Part shown: one piece after another, positions 40,268 to 50,949 of the stretch
Position numbering within the stretch: position 1 is the first letter of the stretch
Layout of the letters: every line of letters begins with the position of its first letter
Origin: Utricularia gibba
Lineage: Eukaryota > Plantae > Magnoliophyta
Assembly (NCBI GenBank): GCA_002189035.1
Contig: NEEC01000014.1
Span: 1,302,001 to 1,366,000, forward strand
Direction of reading: 5' to 3'
DNA: 64,000 bases
Position numbers and translations under genes: made by a program
Notes under the pieces: generated by a model
Database searches by the model: none
Told to the model about the DNA's origin: nothing
What the model saw: the letters and a program-made list of their open reading frames with translations, nothing else

Positions 40268-40686
40268 GCGAGGCCTAGGGCGCCCATCCAAGCGGATCAT
40301 CACATCGGTATACCTCCTGTCTCCCTCCCCCTCTCTTACGACGTCGTTACCACGCCGATTGCGTCCAAAATCACGGATTATGAAACGCTGCGTTTTATCC
40401 GGAAATATAATTTTTTATTTTTTTTGTTCCCTTGTGTGATTTGGTTGATTGATGATTTGGGCGTAGCAAATGAATTGAGGAATCAGCCCCATGCTTTAAG
40501 TGCGAGGGGACGACCAAAAGTAAATGGCGCGCATCCATCAAAACGCAACTCCGCTTCACATGAATGTGATGCATTTATGTCCACCTTCAGTCCCATTCCG
40601 ACCAATAAATTGTAGGGGAAAATAATAATTTATTATTTTCACAAAAATAAATAAAATAAAATAACACGTCATCGCCATTTATAGGG

Positions 40687-41138
40687 TTTACATCCTGACC
40701 CCGTGAAAAGCTTCGAATATCTCAACAACCCCGGATCTATTCAAAGTTCTCATTTCCCGCCCCACACTTTCCGTAATTTGAATTTCTTCCAATGAACTTG
40801 GCGAATAGATATACTGTTAACCGCGCTGGGGCAACAACAGCTTGCCGTAGTCGACCGAAGGTGTAGTGTTTCGATTGTTCTTTTTCAGGGAATTGGAAGA
40901 TCTGTTCTCGGAGGTTAAACCTTAGCCTTCTCATAGTCGAAGGTACCGCGGATTTTGTCTTCATTTGTTTTTGGTTTTACTACGTGATGCATTTTGATTC
41001 TTCTTTGTTTGGGAAACCTATCGAGGTCAATTTTTTTATGAGATTATGCGGTTGTTTGATCATGTTTTGAGGTGCGATATCGGGAATTTTGAATGAGCTA
41101 GCTAGGTGTATGTGTTTTGTTACCTAGAGTTTGATTAA
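40687..41138 (+). promoter_or_regulatory. Core promoter + non-coding exon 1 + 5' part of the leader intron of BUD13; copy A of a duplicated module
   Basis: Collinear with 48846-49442 (6 mismatches in the first 48 nt). Donor AG|GTACCGCGG at 40942/40943, acceptor TTTCAG ending 41217. Confidence 0.88.
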
Positions 41139-41235
41139 GAACAATGAAAAATTATGTATGCAATGCGATTGGGAAATTAGGGTTTCATAGCAAGATGTTG
41201 GAATGTTTATATTTCAGGACGATTATCAAACTCAA

Positions 41236-43531
41236 ATGGTGGATACGTCTTCAGCTGCAAAGTCACTGAAGGAGTATCTTAAGAAGTACACCAGCAACGA
41301 TGACAGTGAAATTAAAAAGAAGAAGAAAAAGAGAAAGGCCAAACCAGATGTATCAGGAGTTCTTGTGGTGGATCAAGATCCCATTTGGCAAAAGCCAATC
41401 AACCTGGGGGATGAAGATGAAGACTCGCCAGGTAACACGTTTGTTTTGGTTTTGTGTTGTTTCTCTTGCTTCTGTGCCCCAGTAGAGCGCCTTTCTCTGA
41501 ATGTGTTTCACATTGAAATTGGTAACAGAAGAGGACAGGCCACTGGTAGATGAGGATATTGAAGTGAAGCGTATGAAAAGGTTGGAGCTTCTCCGGTCTA
41601 AACGCTCTCAGGGTACCGTTTCTGAAGACGGAAGTGGTTGGGTATCCGTATCTACAGTTTCTAATGTTTCTGGTCGGGAAAGGGGAAGGCGTCGAAATGA
41701 CTCTCCGTCACCCGAGGCGCGACCAAGGTCTGATGGCCTATTAGGTCCTGATTTGTCCCCACCCCGCCATTCGCGGAGGAGGAGTCCCAGTGCAGAATTG
41801 GAAAAATCAGCAGCATCCGGTTCTAAAGGTGACAGGAGGGCCGTTCGCTATGATACACCCTCTCCTAGGGGAAACTCAGGTGGTGATGAACCGAAAGATT
41901 TATCTCCCGTTAGACGGAGGAGGAGAGACAGAAGTACGGCTCATTCTATACATGAAAGGGCACCTTCATCTCCTAAAGCCATAGACTCTGATGTATCTGC
42001 TCCACGACGGGCTCATCATGGCACCAATCCCGCAAATTCAAATTCTGATGATCCCAAAGATTTGTCTCCCGTACGCCGAGGGAGAAGAGATAGAGGTACA
42101 TCTCATTCAGCACATGAAAGGGCGTCTTCATCTCCTGAAGCCATAGATTCTGATATATCTCCTCCACGGCGGACTCGTCCTGGCTCCAATCCTGCATACT
42201 CTACTTCTGACCTGTCTCCTCCAAGGAAGGGGAAAGGTTCAAAACCGCAGGTACCTCCTAGAAGAACCGGACTAGTGTCTGCTGAAGATATTAAAGACGA
42301 AATTAGCAAAATGAAGAAGGAAACTGATGCTAGGTAATATATCTAAACCTAATCAGCACAAAAAAACATGAATACTTCTTCTCAACAAGAATCTCAATTC
42401 TAATGCTTGAGTTCAGGTTTAAGGAGATGGATCCTTCTGCAAGTGGCCAAAATGCTGCACCAGTTTACCGAGACAAAATTACTGGTTTGTTGAAATATGC
42501 ATTTCATGCATGAAATCCGATATTCCGATTACTGAAAAATGGCTTAAATTTTCTTTGTGATCACTTTACAGGAAAACGAATGACAAGGGAAGAGTTTTTG
42601 AATTCACAGAAAAAACAACTCAAGAAGGATGATCCACCTAAGGTACCTTGATGGCAGTTGATACCTTAAACTTCTCACTCCATCTATGCGTCCACCTTGT
42701 CTGAATCAAATGGTGGAAATGCATCCTCGTGCAGGAAATAAAGCTTGAATGGGGAAAAGGTCTGGCTCAAAAGCAGGAAGCTGAAGCTAGGTTAAAGGAA
42801 CTAGAATCAGAGAAGAATAAGCCATTTGCTCGAAGCAGGCAATAATATTAATTTCTCGAGTGTTACTGTCTTCTGCTATTTAGATTTTTGAATTCCCTTA
42901 GCATTGAGTTTTCTAGCTGCCCTGGGGCTGCTATTGATTGATAAACTTTTGTTTATTCATTGATAAACTTTTTTTTTTGGAAACTTCTACAACAGGGATG
43001 ATCCTGACCTGGATTCTATGCTGAAGGAAAGAGTTAGATGGGGCGATCCAATGGCACATTTGGTGAAGGCAAGTTAATGGTTTTTGTCGATCCAGGGGAG
43101 TTAAAAGCAAATGTATCTGACCATCCTTCTCAAATAATTTGCAGAAAAAGTACCCGGAGATGTCCCTCCCTAACCTGGGAGATGATGAAAAGATGAGAGA
43201 ATCAGGCTTCATAATTCCCCAGGAGATCCCAGCTCACAGCTGGATACGCAGAGGTCTTCCTGCTGCCCCAAACAGATACGGCATTAAGCCAGGGAGGCAC
43301 TGGGATGGCGTGGATCGCAGCAACGGTGGGTGTTCTTTCGATCACATTGCCTGTAGTTCTCCTTATTTCACTACTGTAAACTTCAAAGACACATACTGAG
43401 CAGCTATTGTTATTGCCCCCTTAACGCATCCCTTTCTGTGTGTAGGGCATGAGAAGGAGATGTTCATCAGGGTCAATGAAAGAAGAGCTACTGAGCAAGA
43501 AGCTTACCTCTGGTCGGTTGCGGACATGTGA
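41236..43531 (+). CDS. BUD13: BUD13/CWC26 (RES complex) pre-mRNA splicing factor
   Basis: Exons 41236-41431, 41529-42333, 42417-42484, 42572-42642, ~42735-42838, 42996-43068, 43145-43325, 43446-43531. Motifs [15 protein letters not shown] repeats, [44 protein letters not shown]. Confidence 0.93.
41885..42208 (+). repeat. Two-unit 162-nt (54-codon) tandem repeat inside BUD13 exon 2
   Basis: Units 41885-42046 and 42047-42208: [42 protein letters not shown]... versus [42 protein letters not shown]... Confidence 0.9.
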
Positions 43532-43960
43532 GCTCTTCCTGCCGGCGCACAATCTTGTATCCGTACACAAACGTCATAGCCTTCGCGGGAAGATTTGAAG
43601 CACCTTTCACTCAGGCGCATGCGAAAAACAAACCTCCTACACTTGTGAGTCGCTATCCGTATTTTCGAAAGTTTGGGGGTCGTTTTGTAAACCTTTTAAT
43701 TGTTGGGGAAATCTTGTACTCCCTTGTTTCAAGGGCACCAACGTACGTCATCCCTGAACTGGGATGTCTTAATTTCTAAGAAATTAAATATCTAAAATTA
43801 CCTACTCGGTCAACTTCCGCGTGGGAAATAAATCTAAAACTTGGCTTTCGCCTCAAGACAAGGCATCGTTTATATAAGGGAGGTCTCCGGCGATCCCTGC
43901 GACGGGCACCGCCGACTCCCAACCGCGAAGACACCAGGTTCTTTCTACGCATCCGAAAAA

Positions 43961-44598
43961 ATGGCCGGAGGAACAGAAGCTTTCCCTGATTTAGGGAGGC
44001 ACTGCCAGCATCCCGATTGTAATCTGCTCGATTTCCTTCCTTTCATCTGCAACGCCTGTTCCAAGGTTTGGTTCTCTGCCTGAAATTTTCAATTCAATTC
44101 GATACGCTCGGAAGTGTATGATACGTAGGTGCAATTGCTGCAGACCTTCTGTTTGGAACATCGATCTTACAAATCGCACGAGTGCCCGAATTCCGAAGTC
44201 AAGAGCCGTAAGGTTTTGGTTTGCGAGATCTGCTCCACCGCGGTCGAGACCACCGGGCACGACGGAGACGAAGAAAAGAAGATTCTAGAGAAGCACGAGA
44301 AGTCGGGGAATGCGATCCTAGGAAGAAGAAAAAGCCGATTTGCTCCATCAGACGGTGCAAGCAAGTCCTAACGTTCTCCAATACGGCCACGTGCAAGAGT
44401 TGCGGAATTCAGACTTGCCTTAGGCATCGGTTTCCGGCGGATCACGCCTGCTGCCGGCCGCTGGCAACGCCGCATGTCTCCGTGGCTCCCAATATCAAGC
44501 TCCTCAACAGCATTCTGGCGGCGAGGAAGGGGATAGATTGCGGAAGCAACGGCCAGGCCACTGCTTCGCCCTCCGCTCCAAGCGTTAAGGCCCATTGA
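43961..44598 (+). CDS. SAP12-like: AN1-type zinc finger stress-associated protein 12 (PMZ-like); one -1 frameshift in this sequence
   Basis: Exons 43961-44065 and 44144-44598. [43 protein letters not shown], and a second finger [13 protein letters not shown] that is in frame only with one extra G at 44305-44308. Confidence 0.92.
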
Positions 44599-44892
44599 TT
44601 CACTGTTAGAAGTACCATAATTCGATTCAAACTTTTGATGTGAAATTGTTCAATGAAATACACTGTTAGAAGTCACCATACGCATCATGAGCATTAGGAT
44701 TGTAGAACTTACATCACCTTCGGGAAAACGAAGCTCATAATTCCGACAACGATCTGCGAAATTCTAGAAAACATGACAACCTAGTCCCTGCAACGAACCA
44801 GAATTGTCCATTGCTGCTAATGAAGAGGGTTGTTTGGAAGATCAACTGGCACAATCCCAATGATATAATATTATCTGCTCAGCATATCCAAA

Positions 44893-46219
44893 TCAACGCG
44901 ACCAGAACCTAATGGGTATTTTCTTCCTAAGTCCCTGCGAAATGATAACAGATCAAGAGCTAGTAACTGAGGAAAATACAGAGGAGTTCACGAAGATGGA
45001 GTGTGATATGTAATGAGGTTATGTACCCAAGAGGTGCTTTTAGAAGCCAATGAATAACATGGCATAGACTCCTACGGAATGCATAAAACAAATGGTACCT
45101 ACCATTGGTATACCCAGCTCCTTTAGGTGCCTGTCTCGCATTTGCTTCAATGCGGCCATATCTATCTGCAAGAAAGAACAATAGCGAAGGTTCAACACAA
45201 AGGACTCGCAAGCATCAGCAACTTAAGTAGTGTTGATGGGGGCAGGGACTGAGTACCTCTTCAGCTTTAAGTTAATGGAATATCTTTCCAAAGAAAGTGA
45301 ACTCTAGCCTTTGAAGTTCCATGGGAATCCTTGGGCGAGAAGGAATTGGTGCTTTCGACATACACAGTTCAACAGCTTGGGACAGTGTGACATGCCCTGT
45401 TCTTGAAGCATCAACTGGCCTTGCTATTGGAAGTCGAGGCAATTCTTCTGATGTCCCTCTCGGGTTAGACATCCTGATTGATTATTTTGGAGTACTTAAA
45501 GGGTACCTCGTTTATACCCCACTCGAAGATGGCCAAGAGGAATAAGAAGTTGCCATCGAACGCTCAGTTAGAGTTCCAGTAATCCTCATGGAAGAAGCTT
45601 CTCGCCATGAAACTTTCTCACTTTTTCATATTCCTCCAATGCCTAATCAACCACTTCAGCCCTTGAAGCTCTTTTGTGCCTTAGCTTCGAATGGAGATCA
45701 TTTGGACACAATTGAGAATCAGCAGCTACGACATCAAAAAAACACAAGAAAATCAAAAGAGCATATTGAAACATGGACACATAATTCACCGAACAAACAA
45801 GCTGATCCATGGTTACAATTCTCATCCTACACAGTACACACTCCCATCTTCAAAATCATAGAGCTGTGGATCATTGAATAATAGCTCTCAAAAAAGAACA
45901 ACCCGCTGACCTTTTGTTCTCATGCAATCTGCAGCACTCCTACCAAAAGACTCCGATCCTGATCTGTTATTCCCAAATAACCAAGTGCATTTTCGCGACC
46001 GCCGGCGGAATCTCCCCATGACTCCTTCACTACTTTCCGCGCATAAAAAACAAGCAACCAAAATCGACCACCATCTTCAACCTTACATTCCACGTACGCA
46101 TCACATGATTTCAGATCGCAAACTAATTTAAAAACCTTCTTAGTCGATCAACCGAGAAAAAGAAAAACGCTCACCTATCCGCAGCAACCGAGCCGTATTG
46201 CAACATGCGAATTCGGCAT
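44893..46219 (-). pseudogene. Unprocessed pseudogene of a plant SAM (sterile alpha motif) domain protein
   Basis: Exon 45165-45103 = IDMAALKQMRDRHLKELGIPM, next exon from 44934 = GLRKKI, preceding exon ends SLSLERYSIN-KAEE. First exon 46219-46175 = MPNSHVAIRLGCCG*, matching the family start MSRPQVTITLGRSGQ. In-frame stops TAG 46177-46175, TAG 45645-45643, TGA 45588-45586, plus frameshifts. Splice sites are retained. Confidence 0.8.
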
Positions 46220-48389
46220 CTAGCGCCAGAGAGAAACAGAGAGATCGCCAGAAGAAACCGGTTTCTTGGAACCCCAGACACTAATTTCGCGGCTCAGCAA
46301 AAATTGGAAAAATGTACGATCATTTATTCTTTATTTAAAAAAAAATTAAAAAAATAAAAATGATCATTTTTTTCATATATTTATAAATAAATATACTTTA
46401 AAGTTCCAGAATAAGAAACGAAAATAAATTTACAAAACTCAAATTAATAAATATTCAAAATTTTAGTAAGAATATTTAAAATATTAGCATATTATTTACA
46501 AAAAATGTAAAAATTAAAAAGTAAAAATAGTCATTTTTCAAATTTATTTTTACTCAAAAATTGATTTTAATTATATTATATATTTTTATTTTAAGTTGGA
46601 AAATTTGCAAAACAAAAACCTAATATTTCTATCTGTGCTATTTTTTTTCTTTAGGTCGTAATCCGCAGGTCTGAAATGTTGTTGTTGTCGTCCACATAAA
46701 TGCCTTGTGTTGTATGCATCGGGCGCTCTGTATTTACTGCGTTTTCACCTGTTGTCAGCCCTTTCCTTTACCCACAAAATGGAGGGATTCGCAGCAGCAG
46801 CTGGAGCAGCAATCACCCCTCGACCCAGAACACGCAGAACGCTCTACCAATGCTCTTCTCGCGTATTCCTCCTCCAAAACGAACAAGTATTCATCATCCT
46901 ACGGCATACGATCAGAACGACACCAAGCACACTTGAGAGGATTCATGCAGCAGTTCTGCGCACGGATTGGCATTACAGACGACAGTGAACGCTCGTAAAG
47001 ACGAGGTTTCCAGCGTTTCATGTGAAAAGGAATCCATGATGGGTGAGCAAAGTCGAGTACTTTATCGTATTTGTCATGATATTTAACGTTTTCATACTGT
47101 TTTCCCCACACAAGGGGACGAATCTGGAGATTGATACTGCAAGAAAATTTCGTACTTTCTTTTCTTGGTGTAGCTAGTGAATGGCTAGGAGGTTGGTTAT
47201 CTGTCTGAAAAGAGGGAATTGGGAACACTCTCCGATCATCTGGTTAACCAGGTTTTCTATTTATGGGATCGGAGTTACATGCATGGAGACCCTCATCACC
47301 CTTTAGACTGTAAGAATGAACAGCACACAGGGAGTAGTGTGGGGTGGTTTTCGTGTAATTTTCCAATCCTTTGTTTATATAAAAAGCATCGAGAATGACA
47401 ATGTAATGGTGTTTTACAGGCGTGGAAACGAGTTGTAGGAGCCAATCCGGCCACCCCACAAACAAGGGGCGTTCACCAAACCCTAAGTTGGGTAAGAAAG
47501 AAACCCTAATCCCAAAAGGGAAAGAGTTGGGATCAGAGAATCGATCCCCCCAGCCTCAGGAACGTACACTAGATACAGGAGGATGCAAACGGAGACAGAT
47601 CTGCAAAGCAAGCGCGAGCTGTTGGAGAAGAAAGTGAAGAAGTGTGGATTCGGACCATTATGCTTGATTCCCCATCGAACGAACGAAGGCAGCAAAGGAT
47701 CAACGGATCCCTTCTTCCTTCACCACTTCAACGCAAGGAAGACAGTCGTGGAAGAAGCCATGATGAGGGCGACGCTGGATCTCCATGATGATGAGCTGCT
47801 TGCTTATCTTCAGGAAGAAACAAATAGGAGAGAGAAGAGAGCGTCTGAAACAAGAAGATGGAAGAAGAAGAAAAACAAGTGTGTGGTGTGGGATGCGGTG
47901 TGGCTCGTGAGTGATGTGATGATGAGCAGCGGGAGGGGCGCACCGGCATGCGAAGATGCCAGGGGCCAGGTTTTTTGGTTGGGTGTAATAATTGAAAGTC
48001 CAGACAGACTAATCATTATGTTTTTGCCCCTCCCTCCTTTTCCTGCCCTTCATGTTTTCTTTCTTTTGCTTCGCCATTCAGCCACCATTGCAGGCCCAAG
48101 TAACTGCCTAAATTCAACTGTGTAATAATCAAGACCACACAGTTGAATTGGAACACATACGCTGTGTCTGTATTTAGACATGGTGAGATGCTCCATTCTC
48201 ATTCTCAAGGTGGTGATGATCCCTGTCCTTCACCTCTTCCTTGTTGTAGATATTGGGAATACACATATATGCAGATTAGATGGCCTGTTAGCTTGTGAGG
48301 CATTCTGTTTCCATGCAGACCTCTTGCAGCCGGGAGAACGATGGTGAAGGAAGGCCTCATCGAATACATCCTTCTTGGCTGCTGCTCCC

Positions 48390-48790
48390 CAGAAGCTTGC
48401 TTGAGATTGCAGATCACCTCTTCAATGGATATATGCGCCTTTGCTTCTGCCTTTTATGTTCACAATGACAAGAGAATGATCTTTCAAACACACGAAGAAC
48501 TCATTCTTACAGCCACGTCCAAAATTTGAGCCATAGCAGCAAGAAAACTACAGAGTTTGTGGCACTTTTTTGGGAGATCATAAGATAGGAAGCTTTTCCC
48601 AATACTCTACGGATGCAGGATACAGAAAAAGCTTCAGCCTCCCGGACCGCTGCGGCGAGCTCGGCGGCCGACCGGCGTTAATGCTTTTAGGTTGAAAAGG
48701 AGAGTTGGGAGTTGGTAAGAAGCTTCTACAATGCGCTTGAAAGGAAGAATATGAAAATGGCGGTTGATGTTGTAGCTGGGAATCATCATT
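48390..48790 (+). pseudogene. Degraded PLS-class pentatricopeptide repeat fragment
   Basis: Broken frames give SLLEIADHLFNG, LSHSSKKTTEFVALFWEIIR*EAFPN, GELGVGKKL and DVVAGN, which resemble consecutive P-L-S repeat consensus pieces. Several stops and frameshifts. Confidence 0.45.
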
Positions 48791-48845
48791 TTCAGTACCA
48801 TTTGCTACTGCAGAAGGAAGAGACCTTCACGTACCAGTCCACCCA

Positions 48846-49442
48846 TTTACATTCTAACCCCGTAAAAAGCTTTGAATATCTAAACAACCCCCGTACTATA
48901 TAAAACTCTCATTTCTCCCCCTACACTTTCCGTAATTTCAATTCCTTCCCAAAACTCGGCAAATAGATACTCCGGTTGTCTGTTAATTTCGCTGGGCGAC
49001 AACAGCCTTTCATCGTTAGTCGGATCAAGGTGTAGTGTTTCGATTGTTTTCGTCAGAGAATCGGCAGATCTGTTCTCAGAGCTTAAACCTTCGCCTTCTC
49101 GTAGTCCCAGGTACCGCGGATTTTGCCTTCATTTCTTTTTGTTTCATTATGTGATGCTTTTTGATTATTCTCTAACCTATCAAGGTGAAATTTTTTATGA
49201 GATCTAACGGTTGTTTCGTTTTAATTTATGATATTGATGAGATTCTTTTTTTGCAATGAACTATAAGGCGCCATATCTGGGATTTTGTTTCATCATGTTA
49301 TAGTATTGATTAGGATCCGTCGAAGCTGCAATTGTGTAACCCCAGTGTAGATTCACGCCGAATTATAGATTGTGTGTTGAGTAAATGGTTAGTATGCTGT
49401 AGCTAGCTAGGTATCTGAATTTTCTTACCAGAGTTTGATTAG
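48846..49442 (+). promoter_or_regulatory. Core promoter + non-coding exon 1 + leader intron of SEC13; copy B of the duplicated module
   Basis: Collinear with 40687-41138, with ~140 extra nt around 49225-49400. Donor CAG|GTACCGCGG at 49110/49111, acceptor CTAG ending 49569. Confidence 0.88.
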
Positions 49443-49596
49443 GGATGCTGGCTATGTTTATTTGTTATTTTCTTAGCAATTAACACTTGCTCGGATGTGG
49501 GATTTACATCAAATTCTCTGTTGTTGTTATTTCTGAGGTGTGTATGGTGTTTGGATGCCTGGTTTCTAGGTTTTGAACAAGTTTCACCTGAAAAGA

Positions 49597-50505
49597 ATGC
49601 TGCCTGGACGGAAGATAGAAATAAATGAAGGTGATAATGTTCATGATGTATCCATGGATTACTATGGAAAACGTGTGGCAATAGCCCTGTCTGATGCTAC
49701 AATAAAGATAATTGGTGTTGGCAGCGACGCTTCTAAGCACCTAGCCACTTTGAGTGGGCATCGAGGCCCCGTTTGGAAGGTGGCATGGGCGCATCCCAAG
49801 TTTGGTTCAGTGCTTGCCTCTTGTTCTTATGACGGCAAGGTCATCATCTGGAGCGAAGGAAGCAACAATATCTGGTCTCAGTACCATGTTTTCAGCAATC
49901 ACACATCATCTGTGAACTCTATTGCTTGGGCGCCATATGAGGTTGGTTTGTGCTTAGCATGTGGATCTTCGGATGGAAATATTTCCATCTATACATCTCA
50001 ACCAGATGGCAGCTGGGAGACTGCAAATATAGAGCAAGCACATCCTACTGGAGTAACGTCAGTGGCATGGGCTCCGGCAACAGCCCCTGGTGCGCTCATC
50101 GGATCTAGTGCCTCCGGAACTGTCCAGAAACTAGCTTCAGGTGGCTGTGACAACACAGTTAAAGTATGGAAGCTGCACAATGGCATCTGGGAAATGGATT
50201 CTGCACCAGCCCTTCAAAAGCATTCTAATTTGGTCACTGATGTGGCCTGGGCGTCGAGCTTGGGGCTTCCCACGTCAACAATCGCAAGTGCTTCCGAGGA
50301 TGGCACCGTCGTCATATGGACGGCAACCAGGGAAGGAGGTCATTGGGATGGCAAAGTGCTGAACGATTTCAAGGCTCCCGTGTGGAAGGTTTCTTGGTCC
50401 TTGACCGGAGATTTATTGGCTGTTTCATCTGGAGACAACAATGTGACATTGTGGAAGGAAGAAGGTGGAGTTTGGCTAGAGACCACTGCCACCGTGAACC
50501 AGTAG
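49597..50505 (+). CDS. SEC13: SEC13 homolog (WD40; COPII/nuclear pore), divergent, intronless CDS
   Basis: VHDVSMDYYGKR, GHRGPVWKVAWAHPKFGSVLASCSYD, LACGSSDGNIS, KLASGGCDNTVKVW, PVWKVSWSLTG. ATG 49597 follows the leader-intron acceptor at 49569. Confidence 0.93.
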   Translation: MLPGRKIEINEGDNVHDVSMDYYGKRVAIALSDATIKIIGVGSDASKHLATLSGHRGPVWKVAWAHPKFGSVLASCSYDGKVIIWSEGSNNIWSQYHVFSNHTSSVNSIAWAPYEVGLCLACGSSDGNISIYTSQPDGSWETANIEQAHPTGVTSVAWAPATAPGALIGSSASGTVQKLASGGCDNTVKVWKLHNGIWEMDSAPALQKHSNLVTDVAWASSLGLPTSTIASASEDGTVVIWTATREGGHWDGKVLNDFKAPVWKVSWSLTGDLLAVSSGDNNVTLWKEEGGVWLETTATVNQ

Positions 50506-50949
50506 TGATATTCTTTTTCACTTGGTGTGTTGGTATTTGTTTTCTGAGCCTCTTCATTCTCTCATTTCACACCATTTATGTTACGCAGTTGCATATTTTG
50601 TACTTGGAAAACGAATTCGGCATGTATCTTTGACTTAGCTTGTTTTTTATACCAAAGAGAAAGAGTAGCTTCATTGAAAAACATTATGGCTACCATTTAA
50701 GTATAAAGCATCCGTGTTTACAAAAAAGGGAAACATGTGTACCATCCCTGCGCAGCCTACTACTATGTACAGAGTTGCAGCCGCCCTGGTGGACAAGGCA
50801 AGGCACAAGCAAACCGGGGCAAAGCCAGACGCAGATGATGTGATGGAGATTTTGCAACACGGAATCTGAACAAAAACAGATGCGGCTCAGGGAATGATGG
50901 GGAGGGGGAGTAGAATGGATCAAGAAATGAATCTTTACCTAGAGTCATG

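Noticed and set aside
47596-48420. Short inverted matches (GATCTGCAA, CTTCCTTCACCA) between the 47583 ORF and the 48340-48420 region
   Set aside because: Only 9 and 12 nt with non-matching spacing; not enough to call an inverted duplication.
49493-49502. TCCCACATCC USE-like motif on the minus strand (snRNA promoter)
   Set aside because: Imperfect match, inside the SEC13 leader intron, with no correctly spaced TATA or snRNA body.
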